Source: Phoronis australis
Lineage: Eukaryota; Animalia; Phoronida
Reading direction: 5' to 3'
Assembly (NCBI GenBank): GCA_002633005.1
Contig: NMRA01000448.1
Coordinates: 1 to 64,000 of the forward strand
Length of the DNA: 64,000 bases
Each line of letters opens with the position of its first letter. Position 1 is the stretch's first letter. This document shows positions 25,814-38,123 of the stretch, piece after piece. Both the position numbers and the translations under genes were made by a program. The notes beneath the pieces are model-generated. The model saw nothing but the letters and a program-made list of their open reading frames with translations, was not told where the DNA came from and did not search any database.

Positions 25814-26179
25814 CGCTTTTCTCACCAGTGGCGGAAAACGAAGGCCATTAGCAATTATGCTATTTTTGACCTTACGTCCCGAGAATCAACCATCTGAGGT
25901 GTTATCAATATACCACAACGTGACCGTAGATTGTTCATTATATTTAGTGGCAAGGCCGTAATAATGACATACTTTTGTAACTTAAGCATAACTCCATGAC
26001 AAATAATAATCATCGCTCGATCAATTTACCTGATGTGTCATTTGTAAAGTTCGCCTAACCCCACTAGGCTCTGAAAACGCCCCGCAATGTCAGACAACAA
26101 AGGAGAAAAAATACAGAGGTTTTTTTTACTGAGAGTAGGCGTTCATAAATAAGACTTACTCGAAACTGCTGTGTGGTAT

Positions 26180-26337
26180 GGTCACCTTCGTCTGTACTTT
26201 CTATACTTTATACATCATTAGTCACCTTCACCAACATTTTTCTACAATTTATATACAGTAGATGATCGCCTTCGACTATATTTTCTATAGTTCATATACA
26301 GTTGATAGTCATCTTCCGTTTTATTGTTCTATAATTT
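26180..26337. repeat. Degenerate ~43-bp tandem repeat, about 4 copies
   Basis: The pattern gtcaccttc....tttcta.a.tttata.a recurs at about 41-44 bp spacing. Confidence 0.65.
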
Positions 26338-27737
26338 CAAAAAATATGAAATTAAAGACCCCCAATCAAAAGTCATAGTGTGGGACTTTCCAGCCGGCAT
26401 GAGACACTGTCAATCAAATTCCTTTAGAAAGAATTTACCGAGAATAATTAAAATCGTAAAAACTGTAAATATGAGAGAATAATAATGGTTGATTATTTCA
26501 TGTGTAGCAAGTATTCAAGTCAGATCTATCTGAAGACAGCTAAATACCTTTACTGAATGTCTGCTCCATCCACTGCGCTGGTTGACATTATTTTGTAAAT
26601 AAGTACTAGTAGCTAATTAACTAGCATGTTGTTTTCACAAAGCAGTCTTAACTGAGTTCGTCGCTTTCACAAACAACCAGGTACCGAAGAGAATCAGACC
26701 GTTTCAATACATTGGCCTGCAAATTGATCAATGTGTCGCCGCATTCAAATTCATTACGGAGCGATAGTGTTTTGACGACGTTTTTAGACGCATTCTTAGC
26801 TTCCGTGAATAAGAAACAAAACAGACAAATAACAGTGTTAGTCGAGGTATTTTCTGGTCTTAATTCAAACCATTCACACTCATGCTATGAACAATAACAC
26901 TCATATTTACAATTAAAGGTCTTAGACCAGTGATGGATTAGAGGTTTGCTGACCAACAATTTTCGTTTTGCAAAATCGTGATTATTAGTGTACAAACCTA
27001 CATTGTTGGTGGATCTAACCAACCAGTTCCACGTACACTTCTACAAATTGAAATTTGATTGATGAAAAGATGATTTATTTAACTTTGAGTTAAAGCAACA
27101 ATTTGCATTATCGTCCACCTATTTCATGAGATACGTTGTCTACAGTCGGGCATCGAATCGATACATCACATTCTGTTTTATTTACGTTTTTGGACTCCAG
27201 ACTTGACACTATATATTAAGTTGTTAGATCGACAAACCGTAACGTGCGAAAATATACAGGTCCACCAATCCATTAAAGATTAATTTGTTTACACACAGAC
27301 ATAAGATAAAAACAGGTCACTCGGGCTTTTAATACGGGCTTCAGGTAGTAACCAGGATCACTGTGGTTTAATCAAGGGTTTGAGTTTTCAGTAGACGAAA
27401 AGCTGTGTGCTCATGCAGTCAGCTGCTTAGAGCGAAAGAGAGCAAAAGAAAGCTCAAATCAAGGCATGAATCGGATCTCACAGACTGGGTCAATCCATTG
27501 TTGCTGTACGTGCACGCCTCCAGACAGCACTAGGGATAACCAGCGAAGCTCATGCCCCCTCCCCCCCCCCCTCTTCCTGAGCGAAAGTTAGAACGAAGCG
27601 AGTCGTTTACGCATACATACAAATTTAGGTTCAGTTTAAAAAGTGCAGGTGTGGCAATATTCCACGGTAGGAACCAAATACTTTAAACGAGTCATAGTGC
27701 ACCGAAGCCAGCACCGACGACAAAAATAGAATCGTTT

Positions 27738-28064
27738 TTAGTTCTGGATCGGGTGCTGGACGTAAAGCCAAAGTTTGCACACGGGGAGAACAAACTCGTA
27801 ATGAAATAGACCAGCTGATAAAGTGGGGGTCGACTGGAAGTGGAAGAAGCAGTACGCCACTGAGGCCCAGCAGGCTCCACCACTGAGGGCTCTAGGGGCT
27901 CTAGGGGCTAGGCCTATATACAGCGAACTAGTATGTATGGCAGCATCAATGGTTATGAAGTCGAACAGTTCAATTGTCTTGTCGACCCGCACAACACTCA
28001 CCGCAATCATAGCCATTCCACTGTCACAATCGGTGAATATAGAACCAGCCGTGGCTGCACCCAT
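27738..28064 (-). other. Candidate small spliced gene or lncRNA (52-aa spliced ORF)
   Basis: Two consensus GT-AG introns (28078-28183 and 27834-28001), ATG at 28064, stop at 27738. No recognised homology. Confidence 0.35.
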
Positions 28065-29554
28065 GAATGCCGACTAACTGTAACAGTGGTGGGTTTCAAC
28101 GTAAACTGGTTTGTGAAAAGACCAGATTCTCAGTTACGTTTTCCGCCCCATTCAATAGTCACTAGACAAAGGAATTCGCTCACCTCTCCAACTTTCTTGT
28201 GTCTATTCACACGACTTGTGACAGCTCGTGACAACCTACATCAACATGACAGACGTATTGTACAGAACGTCGTCGATGATTCAGTATGCTTGTGACCCCT
28301 TATGACCCACTTAGGAGAAATCAAGTTCGTCTCGAAATGCGGATGTCACAATGGGTAATTATGGAGTTAAATGGACTAGTGAACTGTAGACCGCTGCGGG
28401 AAACTAGTAAGACCTCGTCAATTTAAGAGATAATATTGAGGATATCTGAAAATGTTTTTTACAAAAATACCATGCAGCAAGGTCTCAAGTTGTGTAATAA
28501 TCTGCACTTGTAAACTATCGACCACGTGCACTGTTTAAGCCGCATTTCACTCGCTAAAAAAGCCAAAAATCGGATTAGGCCGTTCACTCTCATAAAATTG
28601 GTTTTATCATGATGATATTCCTTCGTCCCGTGATCTTTTTTTATTATTTTCGGAAGCTACAACTGAAGAAAATCGAAACCATCAGCGACTCAAGAGAACG
28701 CTTCATAATTCAGTTCAGTATCTGGGGTTGGCCCAAGTTCGAAATTATAGGCACATGTAAGCATTGCCTCCCGACTTTTCCGAGTTGCCGACTCATTTCG
28801 GTAAAGAATTCAACATTGACAGCTAAACAGCGGAGACGTGCCCCTTTGAAAATGAAACCATACACTTTGGACAGTAGTTTAGCAAATGAATAGAAGTCCA
28901 AGTCTAGTATGCCTCGGATGCTGGTGACACTTCACTGGTGTAGGCTGTGGTTTCCTGTGTGGTTACATTTGATCCCCTTGAAATGAACGTTCTCAATAGA
29001 GGTTTCCCTCATCACGCATAGCAGTTTATTTCAAGAATCGGTCCGTTTCTTTCCTGCCTCTGCTAACTCGGTCGGCCCGGGTTTCATGTGTCCCCGTCGT
29101 GCGGGCACGGGATCGGGATCTAATTTGTAGGAAACGGGTACTATTCAGTTTGGTGGACCCCAGCTCGTAACATTTTTGCAGCCTCGCCTACACACATTTT
29201 AACAAATCTTAAAATTTACTTAGAGTTTTTATTTTAAAGAGACAATTCAGAGAATGCAAAGTGTACATGATTTAAATAATACGAAATTAGTAAACGCAGT
29301 GGAACATGTACACCTGCTTCTTTGAAACAATCAACGCCACAATCGTTTCCAAGCAGTCATCATTTTCGGTCCCTATGTTATCCGTAACCATCGTACGTGT
29401 TTTCTACAATTTAATGTGACAGTTTCGGCGAGAACCTCACGCGAACTCACAACTCTAACTTAACAATCGGACGCTCTACTGCTAAGCTTAATTCCACGAT
29501 TACTTAAATGGTAAAGACTCGGGCCTAATTTCTGGCAGACACACGGCGAGGATT

Positions 29555-29696
29555 GGCGATTTGTAATGAAATCCCAAAAACACAATGAATATTGTTGCTT
29601 TATAGCTCTGGTCAAAGCTAGTAACTTCAAGAATCCATCCACCAATAATCTCTCCAAATGCGGTTTTCGGCCATAAAACCGACACTGTTCCTTTAA
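29555..29696 (-). mobile_element. TTAAAGG-terminus DNA transposon end (Kolobok-like)
   Basis: The reverse complement begins ttaaaggaacagtgtcggtttt and aligns with 35878-36025. Confidence 0.55.
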
Positions 29697-30366
29697 TATT
29701 AAGGAACTCAAAGCAATTGACTTCAGTTTTCTGACTACATGTCCTTACATATTATTGAAAAATTATGGTATGTTTGCCTAGACCAGAGACCGTAGAGAAA
29801 TTTAACGTCTTTGCCTAAACTACAATCGAAGGGTAATGTATTAAAATGACATTATCAGCGAGAAAACCGGATTCACATCATTCTCTCCCCTCTCAGTCTC
29901 AGTGCTGCACAGCAAATGTGAAGTTTTGGAACCTTCATTATTTATCGAATCAGTTGTGGAATAATTGAAATACATGAATGGTGGATAAATGGAATAAAAA
30001 GTTTTCAAAATAAGGAGTCATAGAATAGTACAGAGGTGTAGTAGAATCATCATAAGTTTCCGTTCCTTTCTGGGATCTTCTCTAGTATGAGGTAATGGAA
30101 TGGACTGTCGCTCTATTCCTTTTTTTAATTATGTATCCTGACGCAGGGGCCTCTGATAACATCAAGTGCTTCTCTGGTTCTTTTTTGGTGAAATGTCTTT
30201 TCATTTTCAGGGGAATGCTTTTCAGAGGGACCCTGATGCTGGAATCAATTTCCGCACTTTTCTTATAATGCACATCCTACCACGTTAAGTGGAGCCACTC
30301 GTCATGGTCCCCCCTAAAATTCCCCCAGATACCATTTGGGAGTTCGGGGTGCGAATTGCTGAGTAG

Positions 30367-30539
30367 CATATGCGCGCACCCAGGGGGGTTCGGGGGGGGG
30401 GGCAAATGCACAATGCATAGGCCTTGAACAAAACCCCGTTTACCGTTTTTTTTTCTTCAGTAATATGGTGATAAGGTCAGCAAACGCAAATATGCGAGAC
30501 CCCTGCATCCCTAAATTTTAGGATAGACGCGCGCATGTG
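30367..30539. mobile_element. G/C-run MITE
   Basis: Termini catatgcgcg and cgcgcatgtg, with a poly-G subterminal tract. Confidence 0.5.
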
Positions 30540-31143
30540 GCGAAATTCTGATTATTCCTGTGTCCTGGCCCCCTCTAACTCAAAATCCTGGAAGGCCACC
30601 CCTGGGATCCCGATCCTTTTCTGCATTCTGAAATTATCCTTTCATACTAAGATAGCCCGTTGTTGAAGGGAGGACCCAATTAATGATAGAGTGAGTTGCC
30701 TCGCTTTTCCAATTTTTGTGAAGTTATGCCTACTGTCGTCTAAAGGAACTCCTCAGTTGGAAGGGCCCTCCTTGAGGAGGCCTTTTTGGAGGGTCTCCTT
30801 TGTTCCTTGTAAATCTGGTACAAATGTGACCCATGAATTGTGACTCGGCCATGTCTTACTTTACAAATGATTATGAGTGTACTTCGTTTTATTTACAGCG
30901 CCATGCCACCTATTACGACAGAAGCGCCCATGTGCTGAGTCAGTTCACAGATGGGCAAAGACTACAGCATGACTTTTTTGAACACTCAATTATTTTCTCG
31001 CATTCCGCTGAGACATTTCGGTCCAGTGCACCACGTGAGAAAGGGATTGGGCAAAGACGGTAATGCATAGAAAGGGTATTTAAATGGAGTTTCCATTTGC
31101 AAGGCGACACATTAACGCAACGTTACCCATGGCAGTAAAACGT

Positions 31144-31833
31144 CAGTGGCGGATTTACAACTTTGATGCTCTGGAGCTAAAAGCTAAGAGAGCTTTTGCA
31201 AGCAGAACAGTAATTTCCGCCAATCGCCATCCCGGCCCCTATCCCTCCAGTCAACACCCTCCAGTCGCCATCCACGGCAGTCGGTCAACGCCATTTTCAA
31301 CCAGTGCTGCAAGATGGAACAATGCTTTGCTCGTGTAACCTAAGCAGTACATACTTGTAATCAATCACTGCGGTTTCCGGCATTGGTGTCCTGAACAGCA
31401 TTCCCTCTGCGTTCCAAAAAGTGAGGAAAGTCGCAAATCGGTTTCGTTCTATTCCTCATCGAAACTATGATCGGCTCAAGAAAATACTTTCAAATTCATT
31501 GTGGTTGGCACCTTGAAGTTGTGCGCTTCACTCTGCTTATCAGGCTAAACCACGAAAACCTAATGTGGCATTTTACTCTTGAAAAATTGGCTTCTTGATA
31601 TTCCATACCATCGTATGCTTCTAAGTGTATTTCCAAACACCGAAATCATCAGCGACTGAAGAAAACGCTTCAGAGTTTGTTGGGATTGTCCAATTCTAAA
31701 TTTGGGGATTCGAAAATAACGCATGAACGCATTGCCTGTGATTTGAGTTGTTGGTTCATTCGGTAACAATTCATGATCCGGTTAGTGTTTTAATGTTTTC
31801 AAATCCAAAGAACTTAACATAAATCCGCCAGTG
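31144..31833. mobile_element. Non-autonomous TIR element (CAGTGGCGGATT termini, hAT-like)
   Basis: Termini cagtggcggattta and taaatccgccagtg pair at 13 of 14 positions. No intact ORF. Confidence 0.55.
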
Positions 31834-32834
31834 AACGACACATCGGTTCTATGTCAACTGAACGCTGCAAAATGCTTATTTGTACTCGCCCTCGTTTGTT
31901 GTATGGTAATCAATATAGCTATGATGAAAACGGGCAACTTTAAACGTGTGGTTACTTGTTATCTCACTCTTGATGTAGGCTTATGATTATAAGTGAAATT
32001 TGTCGAACTGCCACCTATTGACAGAAAAAGGCATTTTTTCACGCAAATCGATTGAAACTATCGCAAGTTAGACCTGTGTCAATTGAAAGTCATTTTTGTG
32101 TAAACGTGAACGGGTGCTCGTTGCCTTTGGTGTTTTAAACTTCTTTGTGAGAAAAATTTGTATTGGAAATTTATCTCAGGTTTTGTTCCTTTTTTCCTAA
32201 ATACAAAAGTAGACTAGATATAGTTCCGTAGACGAAAGAGTCTCGCTAACTAAGCTGATGCAAGCAAATGCTTCGCTACAAGGTGATATTTCGTGATGTC
32301 CTGCATGGTCTTGCGTTTTCACGAGGTTCTCGAGTATACCGAATGCGCACTAGACAGGAATACGTTCACGTCCTGAAAGTGACAACAGAATGATTCTGGT
32401 CGTGCGAAAGTGTAAGTGGTGTCGCGCGCCTTGCTAGGTGTCTTCATTTACTCTTCACAAATTTACTCTGAAATGTTAATATTTTAAAATACTCTTTTCA
32501 TTTTTTTCTTGAATATAAAACATGGATCACGTCCCATTAATCGAAATATAATATTAAAATAACCCGTAAATTACAGCTTGACTTGTATTTGCGATTTTAC
32601 AATTAATTTTTCTGAGTTCCTGAAAATGGTGTTCTTTCTAGGTCATTCACTGGGGCTGTCATCTTGTTAGGGTATCGCTAGAAATTCAAAGACCAAAGCT
32701 TAAAAAGATAGTTTTAAAAGTTCTTTATTTTTGACAAAACATGATTCGCTGGAAGACAATCAATTGACAAAAGGTTTTGGCTTGACATCTTTGCGTTTAT
32801 TGTGGTTCTGAACTAAAGCAAAAGGGTGATGTCT

Positions 32835-33400
32835 TCCATTTTTTGAGCCAACATGTCCGTTCAACGTTCGTCCGGCGTCCGCTGCTGTATCTCCTCAACC
32901 CCTTACATGAACAAGTGTATTTTTTGTTAAAGACCGTGACAACAGATGAAGGCGAAAGTTTGGGTTGGATGCGACTACCCTGGGTCTCCTTGTGAAAATT
33001 TTGATTTTTCGATATTCTCTATTGTACATTCGGAGTACGTGGCTCGACGGATTTTGATGGATTGGGCAAACAGGTTTGTATGAAAGAAACTATTATACCT
33101 TCCTATTGACGGGCATTATGGAAATACGTTTATGTGTTCCTACAAGGAATAGAACAGTTGACACTAATTCTCAAATGACAACTGTGTCGCCTTTATAGTG
33201 ACATTTTCCGTTTTTTCATTTCCACGACTGTATTTCCTAAACCATGTACGTAGTATTTGTTAAATTTCCCAGGTGTATTTTTGTGAACGTGACAATGGAC
33301 TTTCGGACAGATCTTGTGCTTTCTCTGTACCCACTAGGGAGAATTTAAGTGTTTTTACATAGTCCTCCGCATCTTCGAGGAGATTTTCATGAAAATGTCT
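32835..33400 (-). mobile_element. Degenerate inverted HINE-like fragment
   Basis: gtccggcgtccgctgct near 32870 is the reverse complement of agcagcggacgccggac near 21757. Boundaries are approximate. Confidence 0.4.
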
Positions 33401-34539
33401 ATTAAAGAGGCGGTGGCACTTTCCTACGCCTGTTAGTAGCCAATTTTCTTACTTTCAAGCACAGGCAGACGAATTTCTCGATGATTCATAACCATATAAA
33501 AAACATAAAGTTTGGGCACTGACCCAAATCTAAATATAGTCTGCGTGCACCTCCCTTGTATTTCACGAACCTCCGAAATCTTACCTTCATTTATTTCATT
33601 ACATTGCCCTTGCGAGAAGTGAATTGGAGACGACATTTATAAAAAAGTCAGAAAATTCTGAAATCAAGGAGCCTAATTTCAACTGTGCTTTATCTTGTAC
33701 GCCTGTCAAACATGAAATTTCGAGTTTCAGCAAGCAACCATTATCTCAAAGTTAAGAAATTTGTCCCTAATTTAAATGATTGAGGTTTCTAAAATTAGCC
33801 TTTCACTTAAGTGTAATTTGCTTTTTCTTAACCTATAATTCAATTGCAGGAACAGGCCTATCTTGTGTTCGATCTTGACATTGTGTGCTACTGTTGGTTG
33901 ACGCACAACGAACACTAGGCATTTTGCATAGATTTCTGACGTCTGATCATAGGTTTAGTGGCGGGAAATCACCTAGTATCGGCAACTGCCGGATTTCGCA
34001 GTAGGATTACGTTAGTAGCCAGCAACCCGCGGTTCTTCGGTTATAAACAAAACCAGAGTTTAAATACATTCAAACTGACACTAAATTATGAGGAGGGCAC
34101 TCAAATAGCATTCGTGGATGCGTTAAAACAGAGATTCGGAATTGCTTAGGAGGCGTCCGTAAAAAATCTGGATGTGTACGAAGGTCATCTCCCATGGACG
34201 TCAAAAGATAACCTCTTTAAATTTGTGATTTTGGTGTTTTTTTAACATTTTGTCATCAAATCACCACTCGAACGCAATTTGATGTGATTAAATGAAAGAA
34301 GGTATTCAAGGATTTGTTTGATGCTGACTTCGTATGGTTCCAGGCACATGTGGGTAGAAAATTCCGAGCAAACCGATTTTTCTAACCTTTTCGTTTTATT
34401 AGTAGTGAGTGACGTCAGTGGTGATCGAGAAACAGATGAACTCAAGTGCCTGTGCTTTCAAATCTTTTCTTGTCTGTCCCTCTACCGGCCAAACTACTCA
34501 ATACGAAAATTGGAACATGTCTTCCGGTAATAGAACGTG

Positions 34540-34880
34540 CATGGCTGACGATGATGGATTTTCGGACGGATCCAACTGCCGTGGTGCCTTCAAGTGGCAG
34601 TTTTGCTTGTTTTGTTGTTGTTGTTTTTGTTGTTGTTGTTGGTGTTGTTTTTTTTTTTGTTTTTGTACCTTTGGCTCAATATCTCTCTAATTTCTTGAAG
34701 AAATTTCATGAAATTCCTATGTGTTTTATTGAGGAGAATGCAAGTGAAGTTGATTCGCTAGAATAAGACCGAATAGTGAGTAATTCCCTAGTGGCAATCT
34801 TGTTTCTCGGTGCGTTTGCTTTGCTACCTATCAAATTCCTACATGAATATTCATGGAATTGGGCATATACCTAGGCCCAA
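34540..34880 (-). mobile_element. Inverted degenerate copy of the same HINE-like family, with an (AAC)n/A-rich tract
   Basis: The reverse complement contains aaaactgccacttgaaggcaccacggcagttggatccgtccgaaaatcc, matching the 21332 and 21636 units. TTG-rich tract at 34607-34667. Confidence 0.6.
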
Positions 34881-35170
34881 GTTACTATCAGGTAGACGAC
34901 TACACTTGTCCTGTTTCATACGTATCTGACCTACTTTGCTCTACCTAGTGACCTTCTATTGTTTCTGAGTCGTCTTCTTTGTCGTCCGCATATCTACTCT
35001 CCAAACTGCTTGAAGAATCATAATCTAAAGTGGTAGGTGACGAGACCATTGCTTGCGTGCTTCGCGCCACCTAGAGGTTATTCCAAGTTTGCAACAGTGG
35101 AGATGTTCAAAATAATGATCACGTTAACTCTGTATATTCTATGGCTACATATCAACGCTTCCCGTTGCTC

Positions 35171-35243
35171 CTCGCTGGTTCCCTGCGTGCCGCTAGGTGG
35201 GGCGGTAGTGCTGACTGGGCTAAGCACGCAGGGAACCAGCGAG
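35171..35243. mobile_element. 73-bp mini-MITE with 20-bp perfect TIRs and 10-bp TSD
   Basis: TIRs ctcgctggttccctgcgtgc and gcacgcagggaaccagcgag, flanked on both sides by cccgttgctc (35161-35170 and 35244-35253). Confidence 0.85.
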
Positions 35244-35877
35244 CCCGTTGCTCTTGTTATTAGAAGTTTAGTCAAAACTTGTGAGTCGCACAGCAACTGT
35301 GGCTACGGTGTTGAGAGATACATTCTTCTATCTGGAGTGTTGCTCTAATTTTAATTTTGCGCATGCCACAGTCTGACCATTATCAGTATTTTGGTGTTTA
35401 ACATTGACTCACTTGTTTCATGTTAGTTTGAAGCCGCGTGTTTTGTTTTGGTATCTGAAAGCGTGTTCAATATCACTTTTGCGTCTGGCTTGTTCTCATA
35501 TCTTTCATTTTCCTTTTATCACAGGGATTTTGCCAGAAAATTATCTACGTTATAACCTTGCATTTAAACGTCGTTGTTTTTTCACTTCCATGCAGGAAAT
35601 TGGACTCATATCACTGATTCCCAATTGAATTTGCCGTAACCGCGTACATATGTCTTAGTGTTTAGCACATTTGAGCTGGCAATACTTAAAAACATCAAAA
35701 CACAACAAAATAAAACCCGGTGAATTAGGCGTAGCTTTATCTGAAGGACGACACTACATGTACTTTATATGCGCATTAAATGAGTATAAAAATAATACTT
35801 TTTATTTTACGTTCAATTATTTTGAGAAAGACATTGATTGTCCCAGGTTCATTAACTCCAACCCCCTCGACTCCCGT

Positions 35878-36025
35878 TTAAAGGAGCGTTGTCGTTTTCA
35901 CGGTCGAAAACTCATTTTTGGAATTATTGTTGAATAGGATAGACGTCTTGAAGTTATTGTCTTTGACAAGAGCTTTTAAACAAAATTCGTTGCGTTTTCT
36001 GTGGTGTTATTACAAATCGCCAATT
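35878..36025 (+). mobile_element. TTAAAGG-terminus DNA transposon end, same family
   Basis: ttaaaggagcgttgtcgtttt...cttgaagtta..tttgac.agagct...ttacaaatcgccaat matches the inverted copy at 29555-29696. Confidence 0.55.
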
Positions 36026-36291
36026 GTAGTTGTTGTTTTGAAGACTTTCGTTGAAATCAAGGCCTGTTTCTTTACTCTTTCCCTCAAATGTCCCATGAAA
36101 AGAGATCAAGAGATAAGATAGAAACTTTTTTATTTTTAAAATAAATATTTGATTGAAACAGTTGTAAAAACTCTCACTAGTTGGTTAGATTCACTGATTT
36201 CCAAAATGAACAAATAAAATTTAATCTTTCCAAGCCATGATTTCCGATGAAAATTCACGTCACGATTTCTTCACATACAAGTAAAATACTT

Positions 36292-36588
36292 CTACAGGAA
36301 CACGGGTTCCGTAGTTTCCGACAGTTCCTGCAATTTGTCCAAGTTCTCGGCAGAGCCAGAATAGTCTGTCTGTCCGTTTGATGCGGGTAATTGAATGACG
36401 TCCATAGATTTTGCACGTTCGTGTAGCTGTTTCAACATATTTAATTTCCTGAGTCTTCGCGGTGAACGATTTGCGTTTAATCTCGGGGAACCAGGCAGAG
36501 GGGCGTAAGGTGAATTAGGAGTCTTATTGCTGCCCATTGCCTCAGCATACTTCTCTTTGGCATCTCGTAAGTGTTTCAACCAGGTCGC
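36292..36588 (-). CDS. PLEKHG7: PLEKHG7-like RhoGEF, last exon
   Basis: TTTTGCAG|ATWLKHLRDAKEKYAE...EPVFL*, the C-terminal helix of the PH domain plus a tail. AATAAA on the minus strand at 36134-36129. Confidence 0.85.
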   Translation of the reverse strand, partial: ATWLKHLRDAKEKYAEAMGSNKTPNSPYAPLPGSPRLNANRSPRRLRKLNMLKQLHERAKSMDVIQLPASNGQTDYSGSAENLDKLQELSETTEPVFL

Positions 36589-36777
36589 CTGCAAAATGTA
36601 AACAAAAAATAAGTACAGAAATATAAAGTTGAAAACAAATGCACGAGAGTAGTAGTACTGCCACCTTTCGGCGTGAAACAACAGCCCCACCACACAATAA
36701 TATCTACGTATTTCCCCCAGTGCACTGTAACACTCTACCCGAGTTCCACAATGGCGTTAGAAGCACCAAGGACCGTG

Positions 36778-36938
36778 CAGGGGCGGATCCAGGATTTTAC
36801 GTTAGAGGGGGTCAGGGCAGAGTATTAGCCTGGATTTTGGACGTCAGTATTCGCACCCCCGTAATGCCAAATGGAATCCGGGAGAATTTTAGGAGGGGTA
36901 TGCCCCCTTGGCCCCCCTCCCGCTTAAATCCGACACTG
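36778..36938. mobile_element. MITE (CAGGGGCGGATCC type) in the last RhoGEF intron
   Basis: caggggcggatcc ... aaatccgacactg, with G-runs and C-runs subterminally; flanks ggaccgtg and ggacgtg are TSD-like. Confidence 0.6.
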
Positions 36939-37240
36939 GGACGTGACACTTTAAAGATACAAATCCTCCTATTCAAGACTCCTTCGTTTTCCCAAAGATG
37001 CTGCAAACTACGTAGTTGCACAAGTCGAACATACATTAATCGGATCTTCGTTAACTCGAACAAATTTCTGCGGCACTGCTGTTTTAGTTCGTCCATTGGA
37101 CCGTGGGACAAGACATTTAACCAAACAAAAAGGCTACGGTCAGATATACGTTTGTAAGAAAAGCCAAACAAGCAACAGTTTTGGAGTAGAAATCTCAATT
37201 CCAATATTTTGTTGCCGACTGAAATAACATTGGTGGTTAC

Positions 37241-37356
37241 CTTTGTAGCTTCGTTTGGCGCCTGTAACGTGTACACGCCGATAATCTGCTGAAATCTCGT
37301 AATCTGCACGAGACACAACACGTTCTTCAAACCATTTGCTGAAGCCTCATTTTGAC
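37241..37356 (-). CDS. PLEKHG7: PLEKHG7-like RhoGEF exon (PH domain)
   Basis: CTAG|(G)QNEASANGLKNVLCLVQITRFQQIIGVYTLQAPNEATK|GTAAC, phase 1/0. Confidence 0.85.
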
Positions 37357-37605
37357 CTAGGACAAAAAGAAGACATGGATAAATCAAAAAGCTGATGCAC
37401 CACGAAGGTGAACGAAGACTCTGGACTCAAAAATACTAAGGCCTTTATGTTTCAAGACTCACAACGTGTTTAACATAAAAGACAACATAGCTTTAAGAGG
37501 TGACATAGTTATTTCTCGCAAACAGTGAATGAAACTTCATGAAGACGAGATATCACGCTCCGTAAACTGTTTAAACCAAACCGCTCCTGCTCATAGCAAA
37601 CATAC

Positions 37606-37812
37606 CGATGTCGTGGACGCTGAACCTGTCTAGTGCTATCGGTTGCCTGTGTACGACGAACACAGCGCCCTCTGTATTGGCGTCATAGTCAGCGGTGGTC
37701 ACGTTGGCCAAGTTCTCGGACGTGTGTTTCTTTTTTGGAGGCTTCTTTATCTTTGTTACCAACAGAATATCGTCAAACAAGAATATGTACGCGTCGGATG
37801 TTTTGGAATTTT
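37606..37812 (-). CDS. PLEKHG7: PLEKHG7-like RhoGEF exon (PH domain)
   Basis: TTTCAG|..DAYIFLFDDILLVTK..VHRQPIALDRFSVHDI-G|GTATGT, phase 1/1. Contains the typical RhoGEF PH motif FLFxDxLL. Confidence 0.9.
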
Positions 37813-38123
37813 CTGAAATAAGAAAGTTTACAATTGAAGTTTGTGTGCAGGATCTATATTCAAAATTGTGTGGCTTTATTACAAAGTGCTTTAAGTTCAC
37901 AATGGGTTTTTGTTGTTAAAGAATTCGGCAAATATATATTTTCGTTATTTCCTGTTAAGGTAATTTTGTCCTCATGGTAACTTGAGGGCCAATTACAGTG
38001 GCGCACACTGACGAACTTCAATAGCCACCATTACTATTCAAATTCATTCAACAAAACAACTGTGTCACGGTAAATCAAAGACTGTTTGCGATCCAGGTCT
38101 AGGCCCGTTCGTGGTGAACTCAC

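Noticed and set aside
34409-34766. Cys/Phe-rich or Val-rich ORFs
   Set aside because: They are translations of a TTG/T-rich simple repeat within a repeat element.
36639-37387. ORFs of 172 aa (+) and 191 aa (-)
   Set aside because: They are intron and MITE read-through; only 37241-37356 is a supported exon.
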